From assembly GCF_009914755.1 (NCBI RefSeq), contig NC_060941.1: a stretch of 64,000 nt of DNA. The stretch is one strand, 5' to 3'. Below the pieces are notes generated by a model, which did not search any database, was not told the origin of the DNA, and saw nothing but the letters and a program-made list of their open reading frames with translations. Of this stretch, positions 12,760-27,240 are shown piece by piece. Each line of letters starts with the position of its first letter. Position 1 is the stretch's first letter. The position numbers were made by a program, and so were the translations under genes. Source of the stretch: the human T2T-CHM13v2.0 reference genome, Homo sapiens.

Positions 12760-13455
12760 GCAGAGGAGTTATTTTCTAGCAGAAACCATTTATTCCTTCT
12801 TCCTTTAGTAACAAAATTACCCCGTTTTAGCTAGGCACATTTCCCAGCTTCCCTTGCAGCTAATTTTGACCATGTGACCATATTCTGGCCAATGGAATAT
12901 GAGTAGAAATGAGGTGAACAATTTCCAGGTTGTGCCCTCAAGAGGAAAAGGATTGTCCTCTCTTCCTTTCTCTCAGTTCTTTTGGCTGGAATATGGACCC
13001 ACGTGGTGGCAAGCTGCCCTCTGCTGTGTAGATGACAAACCCTGGGGGATGGTGGAAAAACAAGAAATGTGGCTCCTGATACTGTGGAAACCCTCGGGCT
13101 GCTTACCCTTAGATTGTTACATGTCAGAGGAATGAACTTCTGTATTATTTAAATCATCTAAGCTCTTTAGGGACATGAACAAAGATGATGTCTGCCACTT
13201 CTGAATCATGCCCTTAAAAGAAAAGATTGCCTTGCCTTTCCCTGTCTCTGCTGTGTGGGATGCAAACACAATGGCAGCAGGGGGCAGCCATCTTAGTTTC
13301 AGAAATGGAAGCACCATATTGAGGAGAGCAGAGCAACCCTGCAATCCCAGGCTGCCTATCTCTGGACAGTTATATGAGAAAGAAACAAACTTCTAACCTG
13401 TTGGAACCCCTCTACTTTCCAAGTCTCTGTTACAGCATCTTAGATTCTACCCAAC
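12760..13455 (+). mobile_element. Old MaLR LTR fragments (MLT1J/K-like)
   Basis: acatttcccagcttcccttgcagcta...gaccatgtgacc...ctggccaatggaatatgagtagaa; gagaaagaaacaaacttcta...ctctgttacagca. Confidence 0.65.
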
Positions 13456-14580
13456 TGGCGTCTTTTACTTAAAATTAAGTGAAATCTGAAGTTCTTAACA
13501 TGAAGAAGGGTATGCCTATCTCATGGGAGGTGAACAGCTATCACAGTATCTGCAAGAAAGTAAATACTAAAAGTATATCACTTTCCTTCATCTCCCTGCA
13601 CTTCACTCCGTACATCATTTTAATGCCTGGAACCCTAAAATCAGTGTAACCAAGTTTTAATGAGAAGCTAAATACCTGTAATTAGAAAAAATTGTTCTTA
13701 GGAGAATAGCATCACTACATAAGTATGTCAGAAGATACCTCACTATATTTTTGACATGACAAAGGTTCCAGGTTTTTGGGAAAGTGGGGCATTATTGATT
13801 TTATGCCTTACAACTGTCATCGTTTTACATCCAATCTATGCCTTAATCTTCTCACTCTTCTCAGAGTGCCTACAGGAATGAATTCATTAGACATTCAAGA
13901 GGAGAAGCTTGATGTGTTAGCACAGCATCGTGATACCAGCGCTTTTCTTAGACAGTTAAAGCCTGAGAATGTCAACCCACTGCTAGGGCATTAATTAAAT
14001 TGGGCAACGATCAGAGTCATGATTAGGACATTCGTGGAATAGCGAGGGGACGCCTCATCTCGCCCAGCCCCCAGCGGCTGCTGCCACAACAGGGAACAAA
14101 AGGAACCAACTGGGCTTTCATTAAACACCAAGGATGAGATATGCACTTTATATATATTGTTTCCTCCATTTCCTGCAAGGTTCCTATAAAATGGTCATTA
14201 CGTTCCCCATTTTAGTGATGAGACAATTGAGGCTTGGGAGACTTGGCTATTTGCCTAAGAATGCTGAACCAGGCAGTTATAAAGCCAGATTCTTTTCCAT
14301 GTCTGCATGTGTTAAAGCTCATGCTCCTTCTCTCCCCCTTCCTCATTCCTTCCCCACTCCCCAATTCCAGCCTCTGAAAATATAACAAAGAGAGGTGAGC
14401 TCTAGTTTGGGAATCAGGAGATGGCAATTCCAATTCCACCTCTGCTCATGGCGTTAGGCACTCAGGGCTTCAGTCTCCTCATCTGATGTGAACCTTCAGA
14501 CTCTTGCAGGAAGCAGGACGTGGAATCTGCAGCTGGTAAGGCGTCACCTAAACGGCTTCGTAATCAGCATATTAGACTGA

Positions 14581-14978
<398 letters not shown>

Positions 14979-15271
14979 ATTCATTACATTTTTATTAAAG
15001 ACCTCCTAGGTTCCTTATATTGTGTCTGGGTTACACTGATAAGACAAAACCTGTGATCCCTGACCTCATGGAGTTTACAGTTAAGTAGGAGGCCAAAGGT
15101 CAAAAGCAAACAGATGAAGAAACAGTTACTTTAAAAAGCATGCAGAAATAAACGAATAAGGCTTTGAGAAAAAGAGTAACACTACTTTAGAGAAGGCAGC
15201 TACTTCAGAAGGTGATGATTAGGCTGAGCTCTAAAGGATGAGAAGGAAGTAGCTGCTTTGGGAAAAGTGGC

Positions 15272-15706
15272 CGATATGGTTGGATATTTATTTGTCCCCT
15301 CCAAATCTCATGTTGAAATGTGATCCCCAGTGCTGGAGGTGGGGCCTGGTGGGAGGTGTTAGAATCATGGGGGCGGATCCCTCATGAATGGCTTGGAACT
15401 GTTTTTGCTATAATCAGTAAGTTCTTACTCTATGAGTTCACAGGAGATCTGGTTGTTTAAAAGAGCCTGGCAACCCCACCCCCCCACCCGCCTCTCTCTT
15501 GCTTCCTTTCTTTCCATGAGATATACTGGCTCCCCCTTTGCCTTTCACCATAATTGTAAGCTCCCTGAGGCCTTCACTAGAAATAGATCCTGGCACCACA
15601 CTTCCTGCACAGCCTGCAGAGCTGCAAGCTAAAACAAACCTCTTTTCTTTATAAATTACACAGTCTCAGGTATTCCTTTATAGCAGTACAAAAGTGGACT
15701 AACACA
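15272..15706 (+). mobile_element. MST (MaLR) solo LTR inserted in L2-like sequence
   Basis: gatatggtt...ccaaatctcatgttgaaatgtgatcccc...ggactaacaca; 5-bp TSD GTGGC at 15267-15271 and 15707-15711. Confidence 0.9.
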
Positions 15707-16189
15707 GTGGCAGAAAGAGCTTGAGGCAGAGGGAACAGCATATGTAAAGGCCCTGAGACTGGAAGGAACTTGACAGCTTTGAGAAACTGAGGCCTGAGCT
15801 AGTGAAGCCGGAAATACAGTCAGGGGTTAGAAGCTGCAAAGCAAGGCTTGAAAGCTGTGGGAAGTAGCTGACATTTTAACTGAAATGCAACAGAAAGCCA
15901 GAGAATTTTAAGTTCAGAAGAAGTAATTGACCCCTTTCCCTCTTTAATCCTACTCCCTTTTTGGGGTGAATTTTATTGATGTTTAACACACACTGGGAAG
16001 AGTCCACACATTGTAAGTGTTCAGCTCAATACATTTTAACCATGCAGAAATCCCTATTTAACCATCACGGAGATCAAGAAATAGAACATTATCCCAACTC
16101 CAGCATCTCTGATCATATTCCATTCCGTTCACTTACCCAACCCAGTCCTGTGCTGAAGCTAGCTCCTATGGCTTTTGAGTGCCAGTTAT

Positions 16190-16325
16190 CATAGATATGG
16201 TCATTATCTTGGTTATAGTAATGGCTTCATGGGTGTACACAGATGTCAAAATTTATCAAATTGTATACTTTATCATGTATAGTTTATTGTATGTCAATTA
16301 TACCTCAATAAAACTACCAAAGAGA
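16190..16325 (+). mobile_element. L1M 3' terminal fragment
   Basis: atgtcaaaatttatcaaattgtatacttt...tatgtcaattatacctcaataaaa. Confidence 0.7.
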
Positions 16326-16559
16326 AAAAAGTGCCTGAAACATGCTCAGTAAGCATTTGTTGAAAAGATAAATAAATATGGACTAGATTAGGAGTCTTCA
16401 AAGATGGTGGAAATCGAGAGTATCATTGGATATTTGCAGTCATTTTAGTCCTGTGTTCTCAGGTGACATTACCTGTTGGGGCTTTACATTTGTAGGAGAG
16501 TGAGATGCTAGAAAGATCATTTGGCACACAGTAATAGGTAATAAATATTCAAAATTCAT

Positions 16560-16810
16560 TACTTCCTATTTATTTCACTATGTTATACACTTATTTATGC
16601 TCTTGAGGTTATTTATCTATTGTATCTGTCTAGTAGAAATATCACATAATGCTATGCTATAGCACACACTTCTCCTACTCCATGTTAAGTGATGTCATGT
16701 TAGTAGGTTGAAATTGGCAATGGTTAGGAGTATTTACACCATGGACATTAGCCAGCATGGCTTTCTTGCTCAGAGGAGAGCCAGTCGTTAAACATTTATC
16801 AGGCCCCCAC
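16560..16810. mobile_element. hAT DNA transposon fragment (MER63-like)
   Basis: ggagtatttacaccatgga...ggagagccagtcgttaaacattta. Confidence 0.55.
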
Positions 16811-17685
16811 CCACCCTCAAGAGTATGATGGCTGCTAATCATACTCATAATCATAGGATATTTATATGCAAGCACATACCCTTTTACATCTGATTTCTTT
16901 GACCCTCTCCACATTACATTTGTGGGATTCATCAGCCGTGTTGTGTGAAGTGGATTCACTGAGGGTAAAACGAATAGCAGGGCTACAAAAATGAAAGAGG
17001 TGGACCCCAGTCAAGAGGTACATTTAGCTAGATTCCGCTACAGGAAAATACCTGATAATGCAGTTAGCAGGGGGAGGGACAGATTTGGGCTGGAACCCAA
17101 GGCAAATGGACCAGATTTCTGATGTCAAAGAGGAGTCATAGCTTCTGGGAAGGGTTATAGGACCTGGTATCACTTTGGAGGAGAAAAGACTGAGGACTGC
17201 ATGAAAGGTGAACTATATCTGGTCTTAGGAGGGGGCACTGGCTACAGGATTTGTAACTGATCGTTGGAGGATTAGGTGTTCAGGAAATGAACATATGGTA
17301 AAGGAGATGAGGCTCTTGTAGACAAGGCAGATTGCAGCCATGATATTAAGATGCCTTTTGCAGAAAGAACAGTATTATTGTAGGTCCTTGGTTTCAAAGC
17401 CTTCTTTGGTTTGAAAGAGGATGGGAAAGGTGACTAAACACACAGGAAGAGAAAGAGGAGGAAGCTTATCTCGATGGTAAAATTATACTGATAAAATATT
17501 GGGTGGGGAAAACCAGGATGAGGATTATAGGAGATAAAGGGGTTGATTTTTTTCAAGGTGCAATATACAAAATCCTGAATGAATTAAAAGAAGAGAAAAT
17601 ATTTCCATTCTTGTGTGTGTGTTTATCCATTCATATATTTGATATTTATGTTTCAGACTCATTCAAACTCAGTGCAATTGACTAA

Positions 17686-18246
<561 letters not shown>

Positions 18247-18400
18247 CATTTCTAATTTTTTCAACTGACTAGTACTCAACTGTAGAACTGTCTAGATTGC
18301 ATGATAACTAGTCAGGATAAGCTCTAATACTCATCTAGAAACTAGGACAGTGTTTTTGCAGTATGATAACAGAACCGCATAATATGTCGGAATAACCTTT

Positions 18401-18853
18401 TGTAGTGGGTTCTGTCCCTTCCAAAAGATATGTCCAAATCCTAACCCCTAGTACCTATGAATGTGACCTTATTTGGAAATAGGATCTTTGTAGCTGTAAT
18501 TAAGTTAAGGATGTCAAGATGAAATCATCTTGTATTTAGGGTGTACCATAAATCCAGTGACTGGTGTTCTTCCATAAGAGAAAGGAGAGGGATATTTCAG
18601 ACACACAGACACAGAGAAAAGGGCCATGTGCAGAGACTGCAGTGATGCAGCCACAAGCCAAAGAATGCCTGGGGCCAACAGAAGCTGGAAGAGGCAAGGG
18701 AGGATTCTGCCCTGGTGCCTTTGGAGGGAGCGTGGCCTTGCTTACACTTCAACTTCAGACTTCTGGCCTCCAGAACTGTGACAGAAAAGTTTCTGTTGTT
18801 TTCAGACACTGAGTTTATGGTAATTTGTTAGGGCAGCCATAGAAAACTACCCA
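18401..18853 (+). mobile_element. MaLR solo LTR (MLT1B/C-like)
   Basis: gaatgtgaccttatttggaaatagg..., gccacaagccaaagaatgcc...gaagctggaagaggcaagg, gacttctggcctccagaactgtga. Confidence 0.85.
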
Positions 18854-19078
18854 CCTTGTTAAAAAGGCAGATACTTCAACTCCATTCCAGACTATTCAAC
18901 AGGAATCTTTAGCCGCAGGACCAAGAATCTGCATTCTAACCAGCTCCTCTAAACTGTGGTATTATAAAGTTTGACAGCTACTGATAAAGAACAACTGAGT
19001 GTGGCTTTTGTCTTTCAGTGCTGAAATGATCCTGAATTGTAAGGTTTATGTTTTTTTTAATAAAAAAAAGAAAATCCA

Positions 19079-19390
19079 GGCCAGGCACGGTGGCTCATGC
19101 CTGTAATCCCAGCACTTTGGGAGGCCAAGGCAGGAGGATCACCTGAGGTTGGGAGTTCGAGACCAGCCTCACCAACATGAAGAAACCCCGTCTCTACTAA
19201 AAATACCAAAATTGGCTGGGCGTGATGGCACATGCCTGTAATCCCAGCTACTCGGGAGACTGAGGCAGGATAATCAATTGAACCCAGGAGGCGGAGGTTG
19301 CCGTGAGCCAAGATCGCGCCACTGGACTCCAGGCTGGGCAATAAGAATGAAACTCCATCTCCAAAAAAAAAAAAAAAAGCAAAAGAAAGA
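19079..19390 (+). mobile_element. AluS (Sp-like)
   Basis: gggagttcgagaccagcc...agaaaccccg; TSD aagaaaatcc. Confidence 0.93.
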
Positions 19391-20209
19391 AAGAAAATCC
19401 CATGGGCTGCCTGCCATCTTCTTAACAAAGAACCAGAATGGTTAGGCAATGGTATGAGATACCCAGATTACTAGTTTTCGGCGGCTTGTAACTACTTAAG
19501 CACTGACTGAGTAGCAACTGGACCCACAAGCCTACAAACACGACAGTAGGTCCCACTTGGACAGGAAGTTATTCTGACTCAGGGTGTGCAGAAACTAATA
19601 AGGAAGGAGAGCTGAATGGTCAGGGTTAAGTCACAGTAGGTAAACAGAAACCCAAGCTGGGGAGGTAATGGAGACTATGGGAAGCGCTGATAACAAACAC
19701 GACCAACATTCAGATTTGGATAAAAGCTGACAGCAAAGGAGGAAGGACCACATTACTGAACTCTGTAAACGATATTTTTCACTCCTTCAGGGGCAGGCAA
19801 ATAAGAAGAGTTGAAATGTGAGAGTTGGAAAAAACAATGCTTGGCAAACTGATCAGTTTAGATGACCCACCTTTCAATGACCCACCATGTTGGTGTTGCC
19901 CCAGTGAAATCTGTATATTTAAGCCTTCAAACAGTTACTGAATGTCTTCTATGTAGTGGGTATACTGTTTGGTGGAAGGACACATGTCAAGAAGAAAGAA
20001 CCACACCCTTGAGGAGCAGTCAGGGAGATGGACATGAAAGCAAAAGTGTTTTGCTTTGTGCTCCTGAGAGCACAAAGGAGGACTAACTTTTTCTGGGGGC
20101 ATCAGGAAGATTTCACCAAGGAAGGCAGCTGAGCGGAGCCCTGAAGATTGAAACAGCCATTCATCTGACCAGGACAGGAAAGCTAGCATGAAGCATGAGA
20201 GCACGCCAA

Positions 20210-20560
20210 CTCATATTTATTGAGCTTGTCCTTTGTGCCAGGCACTAGTCTAAGTTTTCCCTAGGTATTAATGCATCTAATCCTCATCTGTGAGCTTGGT
20301 ACAATTATTCTGCTCACTTCACAGTTGGGAAAACTGAAGCACCCAGAAGCTCAGTGACTTACCCAAAGTCACCCACCCAGCTAATTCATGGTGGAACCAG
20401 CATTGAGCTCCAGTGGTCTTGTTCCAGAGCTCCTTTTTGAGAACCACTGAGATAGACTTAGACTGAATTTTAGTTTCTGCTCCTTACTAGCTGTGTGACC
20501 TCAACATGTTACTCAACCTCTCAAAGCTTCAATATCCTCATCTACAAAATGAAGAATTCA
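20210..20560. mobile_element. MIR fragments (two orientations)
   Basis: gaaaactgaagcacccag...gtgacttacccaaagtcac; ttactagctgtgtgacctc...ctcatctacaaaatg. Confidence 0.7.
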
Positions 20561-20734
20561 GTGGGCATATGTACTTCTGTCTGCCTGGGGTTCGTTCCTC
20601 TTGGAAATTGCTCCTCCTTTCCCTCTAACCATCAGTGCCAGTTGGAATGGTCATGTTCTTAACAGCCCCATTACTAATTAATCCAAGAATAGACAGCTGA
20701 TCTAAGCTGGGCCTATCTAAACTCTTCTCTGAGA

Positions 20735-21004
20735 ATTTTTTTTCTCCTAGGCTGAAGTGCAGTGGTGCAATCTTGGCTCACTGCAACCTCCGCCTCCCAG
20801 GTTCAAGCGATTCTCGTGCCTTAGCCTCCTGAGTAGCTGGGATTACAGGTGCGAACCATTACAGTTGGATAATTTTGGTATTTTCAGTAGAGACAGGAGT
20901 TTGCCATGTTGGCCAGACTGGTCTCAAACTGGGCCTCAAGTGATCTGCCCACTTCGGCCTCCCAAAGTGCTGGGATTACAGGTGTCAGTCACCGTGCCTG
21001 GCCT
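20735..21004 (-). mobile_element. AluS, 3' end partly deleted
   Basis: Antisense Alu missing the last ~20 nt before the tail. Confidence 0.88.
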
Positions 21005-23195
21005 CTCTGGGATTTTTTAAACTAAAACTGAGAAAGAAAATTAGTCCCTCTCTGGTGGAGGAAAGGCAAATATGTAAAACTCCTGAGCTACTGGAAGTCA
21101 CATGCTCCAGTGTGTGGTAGAGGTTAAGTTTGCAGAGAATAAAAACAACACAAAAAGAGAAGGAAGAGACTGAAAAGGCTTTCAAAACTCCTGCATTTGC
21201 CTAAGCCAGTTCGACTTGGGTTTATGACATAGGAAAGAATTTTCATCAGTAAGAAATAGTAGTACCTGTTTCCTAGGGTTGTTTTAAAGATGGGTTACCA
21301 TGATGCATGCAAAGAATTTAGCACAGTGCCTAGCCCAGTCAGTAGTCAGCAAATAATAGTTCTTACTGTTACAATAATCAGTGGCATTCTTCCTCTAGTA
21401 AGCTTTGCATTCCAGAAAACTGGACAGCTTGTATTCAGACTGTGGTATTCCTGCCTGTGTAGACCGTACTGGCATTCCTCGCCCACTCCCTGCCTCCCTG
21501 ATGTACTCTTATTCTGTCTACAGAACCTTACTTGAAGCTCATCTATAAAGACTTCTTTGAGCCCTTTGGACAGAGTTAATCACTTTCCCACTCATACTCC
21601 CTTTTTCCTTATTTATCAATGATACCTATCACACTGAGATAGGTATTTGGTTAAGTTGCTATATCCCCACCTGACTGTAAGGCCTTTGTGACCATATTTC
21701 TCCTCCTTGCTTTAGTCCTCAGTGCCCAGCACAGTGCCTGGCCTAAGAAAGCCCTCCCATCAGTGTTGTGTGCATTGAGGAGCAGAGGACTAAGTTGTCG
21801 TCTCAGGAAAGCAGACCTGCTGAAAGCTCATCAATCTTAATGTTCCCTGCCTGACACCAAAAATGCATTAACAGATGGGGAATGGTGTGCTTGGAACCTA
21901 GTAAAAGTGAAGTCGAAAGAGTCAGGAATGCTGCCTCCAGTGCTGTACAAAGACCAGCAGATGCAATGCCTTTGAGGCAATAATAAGTAGGAAGAAAGTA
22001 ACCCTAGAATGTGTCTATTGATGTGTAAGATCTAAAACCACAGCGGGCCAAGCAAGACCCTTCAGGATGCTTCCTCCTGCTTCTCTCACCCTGGCTGCAA
22101 GTCCCTGGGATGGAAACATTCACATCCACATGCTCAATTGGAAAGAAGTACTCGGCAAGGCTATGCGCACCCGGCTGGCACTGCCTGATGTCATTAAAGT
22201 CATGCGATTCACTCCCCTTGCTCTGATTCCACGCTCAGCAAGAAAGCTCCCATGGAGAGTATCCCTACAGGGCAGGGAACACATTGTCCAGCTGACACAA
22301 ATTTTTAAGTATTGCTTGAAGTTCAACACGCCTGGCATGCTCCTTAGAAAGACCTCCTTTTTAAAGGAAAGCTATGCCGGGCTAATCTGGTTGCACATGG
22401 TACATGCCAGTGTCTGAGTCAAACCAGTTGCCTTGGGCTCTATAATTGGATCAATTACCAATGTTCCAACAAAGATACTCATTTACAGGTATAAGGTTAG
22501 CCAATCACTTATGAGATGGCTCCTGTGAGACTCCACCCAATGCAGAAACTTCAAAGAAAATGGTGACAATGTCTATGAATCAGAACCTTTGTTTTGGGAT
22601 TAAGACACAATAAAGGGAGGGAAGTTGGTCCTGATGCCCTACATGATGACAGGCCATTGTTCAAGTTCTCCCCAGGTTTTCAGGATGCATTGGTCATGAA
22701 AATACTTGGTCCACCAGAGCATGCATATACCCTCAGCATGGTTTTGTGGTCTTGCTCTCCACTTGCTTAGCTTAAAAATAAACTCTGATCACCTGAGGAT
22801 ACCTGGTCTTATATTTCCCATGCACATAAAAGAGCCTGAAGTGCAGCTTAGAAATTATATATAATTTTTAATTTTGATTTTCAAGTTATATTTTAGAATG
22901 TGGTTGATGTCAGTCAGTTTCACTCAGCCTAATTGACATTGGATCCTAAGCAAATTAAAGACTAGATTCTGAGTCATGGTGATTTTCTGCCTCTACAGCT
23001 CAACTGTCTCTACCTTCAGTTGCATTTACTAGACTTGAAATAATTTTAAAGTGTTAGTTAATCCACAAACTTCTATTCCTTCACCCTTTATGAAGATATA
23101 GGAAATATCTATTCTTTCCTGACTCTGGCTGAGTGGCTATTTGGAATCTGCTATATTTGATTTTTTTTATTGAACTTCAAACTTGTGTTTTTTGG

Positions 23196-23419
23196 TTTTT
23201 TTTAAATTATACTTTAAGTTTTAGGGTACATGTGCACAACGTGCAGGTTAGTTACATATGTATACATGTGCCATGTTGGTGTGCTGCACCCAGTAACTCG
23301 TCATTTAACATTAGGTATATCTCCAAATGCTATCCCTCCCCCCTCCCCCCACCCCGCAACAGGCCCCGGTGTGTGATGTTCCCCTTCCTGTGTCCATGTG
23401 TTCTCATTGTTCAATTCCC
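23196..23419 (-). mobile_element. Young L1PA 3' end, heavily 5'-truncated (~225 bp)
   Basis: Near-consensus ttatactttaagttttagggtacatgtgcacaacgtgcagg...ctcattgttcaattccc. Confidence 0.92.
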
Positions 23420-23619
23420 CTTTTGGAGACTGGGAGCAATAGAATGTAGCTGCCCCTGGTGAGAGAAAAGGGTGAGAAGAAAAAAGGATGTGTGTTTGGA
23501 TGAAAAGTAGCTTCTAATATCATGGACTACATCAACAGTTTTGCAGATTCATAAGTGGGAGCATCTCTGCAAAGGAGCAGAGAAACCAGAAAATGCAAAA
23601 AAGCCCCAAATAGCAAGCC

Positions 23620-24100
23620 CTCACATTTGTTTAGCGCTTCACAATGTACCAAGCACCTCCACATGAGTTATCTCATTTAATCCTCCTAGCAACTCTGCAA
23701 GCTGGGAAGCACAGGCATTAGTTTATATTTCACACAAAGAAACTTGAGATCAGAGAGGTTATCCAAGGTCACGGGACAGAAGCAGGATTTGAACCAGTTA
23801 CAAACGGAGTAAGCTTATTGAATGAATGTTTGTCCTTCATTTACTGGAGCAAGGTTAAGAGTGCAAGCACTGGAGTCAAGCAGACCTGTTTTCAACTCAT
23901 AGCTTCTCCATGTATTAGCTAGCCATAGGATCATGACAAGTCACTAATTTCTCTGGGCCTCACTGTCCTCATCTGAAAAATGGGAATAATGAAATATACC
24001 CTATATCATTGTCCCAAGTAATACATAAGATAATATATTTAACAGGTCTAATGTTGCTCCAGAACACAGTTAAACACACAATAATTTATGCCTTCTTCAT
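23620..24100. mobile_element. MIR fragments
   Basis: atctcatttaatcctc...agagaggttatccaaggtcac; ctctgggcctcactgtcctcatctgaaaaatgggaataa. Confidence 0.7.
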
Positions 24101-25694
24101 GCTGTTGTTGGCATTTGTTGTAGTAGTAGAAGTAGTAATAGTGGCAGGTGTCAATGTATATCTGGCCCCAAATCCTGCGTTCATTCTATGCAACACACTG
24201 CACTGATTTTTTTTTCTTCTCCTTTTGCCACGCGTATTTTTTCTTTCTCTTTTATACAGTTTTCTTTCATCCTCCTTCCTATCACATGTATAGAAATCCT
24301 ACCATCCTCTGATTTGAAACACACATACAGACACATGCCTGATTTAGTACCTCTTCTACCGATCTACCTGTCTTAGTCTTTCCCACTCATTTACCCAAAC
24401 AATACAGGGCTCAGGGAAAGGACGGGGAAGCCTCAAGGAAAGCACAGGGAAGGACTCATGCTCCTTTACATAAGTCAGTCTCAGAGGAGGGCTTGGCATT
24501 CCCAACAAATGTTTTATTGTTTTGGTTTCCATGATCCTACACCAAGTGAAGAGATTTGAGGGTCTCCAGTAGTTAAGCTAATTAGATATAATTTTCCTTT
24601 TTGGTGCTTTAGCTGAGTTAGAGGTTTCAGGAAGGAGAGAAGGAAGAAGCCTGGGTTAGGCATATCTAGCCTAACTCCCACGTGATGCCTTTCACTTCTG
24701 AATTAATTCCCTGGATAAAGTACCCTTTCTGACAACGAGATAAACAGGTTCATCCAGAGGTTTGGCTCACTAGACTATAAAGCCCTTCATAACCACAGTG
24801 CTCGTCTCCATCCACCCCAGGCTCCTAGCCCCAAGTAGGCTACAGTGGCAGGCATTGTGTGCTCAACAAGGCTTCACACCCACTGGGAATCTGAAACATA
24901 AACACTGCTTACGCTGCAAAGTTCTCTCTGCAGACCTGCAAGGCTGGTGCCAAAATGGCTGCCTCACGTCTGCCCCCACCGGGCTGCACAAAGGACTCCC
25001 CACCCAATCTCACTATCAAAACCTCTGAAATGACAGGACAGGTGGCAACCACTGGCTGGGCAAAAGGCTGATTTCCAGAACTTCAGAGGAGAGCTGTGCT
25101 GGCATCCTTTAAGAAGTTGATTCTGGGGAACGTTTCTTCTATGGTCATTCCTATTTTTAGGACAGTTTTAAACCTCCAGAGCTTCTGCTATTCCTTTCTC
25201 CTTGAAGGGCCAACTGAAGGGTTTTTCAGTGGCTTGTCAAATGTTCTTTATCTAGTATTTGTTTGTTCGAATTTCTCTAACAAAGAGGTTTAGTTTTGAC
25301 TTACTGTTTAAGCACATGCAGGTTAAGACAGGAGCACTGAGGCATTACTAGTTGTAACCAAAGACATCCAATAGGCTTAATTATTTGCTCATACACAAAA
25401 AAGCAAATTGGATAATGCCTCTGCTTTTGGCTCTTATCTAACTTAATGTGGACAACTTTGTAGAGGTCTTGTCAACAAACTGAATGAGCCACTGAAAGTG
25501 AGGCATTCATTTTAGCCGTAAACTTTGGTGAACTTTTTTCTGTTGCTGGATATGAATCAGATCCCAGGAAACTTAGAAAGAACATAGAAATAGCATTATT
25601 CTGTCCTTAGTGATAAAATACCCATTTTTCCTCGGGATCAAAAGTTTGGGTCACCCACAAATACACAGTCAAATAATTGTCAGCAATAACATCA

Positions 25695-26069
<375 letters not shown>

Positions 26070-26079
26070 TCAAGGGGGA

Positions 26080-27090
26080 AATGAAAGTCTAAAACAATTG
26101 GATATCCCCATGAGTAAAACCAACCTTAATCCTTACCTCATAGTATACACAAAAATTAATTTGAAATGGGTCATAAGGCTAAATGAAAAAGCTTAAACTA
26201 TGAAAGTTATAAAGGAAAGTATAGGAGAATATCTCCAGAACTCAGGAGTAGTCAAAAGTTTCCTAGTTCATAGCAAGCAATAATCATGAAAAACAAATTG
26301 ATAAATTGAACTTTGTCAAAATTAAAAACTGCTCATGGAAAGACGTTATTATAAAAACTAATCAGCAAGCCACAGATTGGAAGAAAATATTCACAACACA
26401 CAAACATCTGACAAAGAGACTATCCAAAGTATATAAAAGAACTCCTAAAATTCAGTAATCAAAAGATAACCAAATTCAAAAATGGGCAAGAGACTTGAAC
26501 AGGAAGATGTACAAGCTACTAAGAAGCACATGAAGTAGCACATGCCATCATTTTTCATCAGGAAAATTCAGATGAAAGGTCCATTGAGAACTGACTATCC
26601 ACCCACTAGAATGGCTACAAGTTTTAAGAGAAACTGACACCACTAAATATTGGTGAGGCGCTAGAACAACCAGAACTCTCATATACTGCTGCTGGAAATG
26701 CAGGACAATTTACCTGCTTCAGAAGACTATAGAAGAGCTTCTTCTAAAGTAAAACACACATCTTTTCTATGATCCAGTAATCCTACTCCTATTTGTTTAT
26801 CCAAGAGAAAGGAAAGCATGTGTTCACAAAAGAACTCAGACAAGAATTCTCATAAACATTTTATTCATGCCTAAAAACTGGAAACAACCCAAATGTCCAC
26901 CAATACAACAGATAAACTTTTGTATATTCATAGAGCGGAATACTACTCACTAATATAAAGAAATGAACTATATGCAACATTGGTGAATGTCTAAAATACT
27001 GTGCAGAGTGAAAGAAGCTACACACAAGAGAGTATATACAGTATGATTTCACTTGTATGAAATTATAAAACAAGCAAAATGAATCTATGG
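26080..27090 (+). mobile_element. L1M ORF2 3' region / 3'UTR fragment
   Basis: tatacacaaaaattaatttgaaatgggtca..., cacccactagaatggcta, ctggaaacaacccaaatgtcc, gtatgatttcacttgtatgaaat. Confidence 0.8.
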
Positions 27091-27094
27091 TGTA

Positions 27095-27240
27095 AGGAGG
27101 CCATGTAAAGAGAAAGAGAAGGCCAGCCAGCCCAGTATCCCAGCTGAGCCTAACCTAGATTGCAGAATAATGAGAAATAATAAAATGATTGTTGTTTTAA
27201 GCCACTAGGTTTTGGAGTGATCTGTTACACAGCAATCAAT
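27095..27240 (+). mobile_element. MLT1 LTR 3' fragment
   Basis: ttgttgttttaagccactaggttttggagtgatctgttacacagcaat. Confidence 0.65.

Noticed and set aside
22067-22417. 116-aa ORF in non-repetitive DNA, possible pseudogene
   Set aside because: The frames I checked resemble no known protein, and there is no poly(A)/TSD or splice support.
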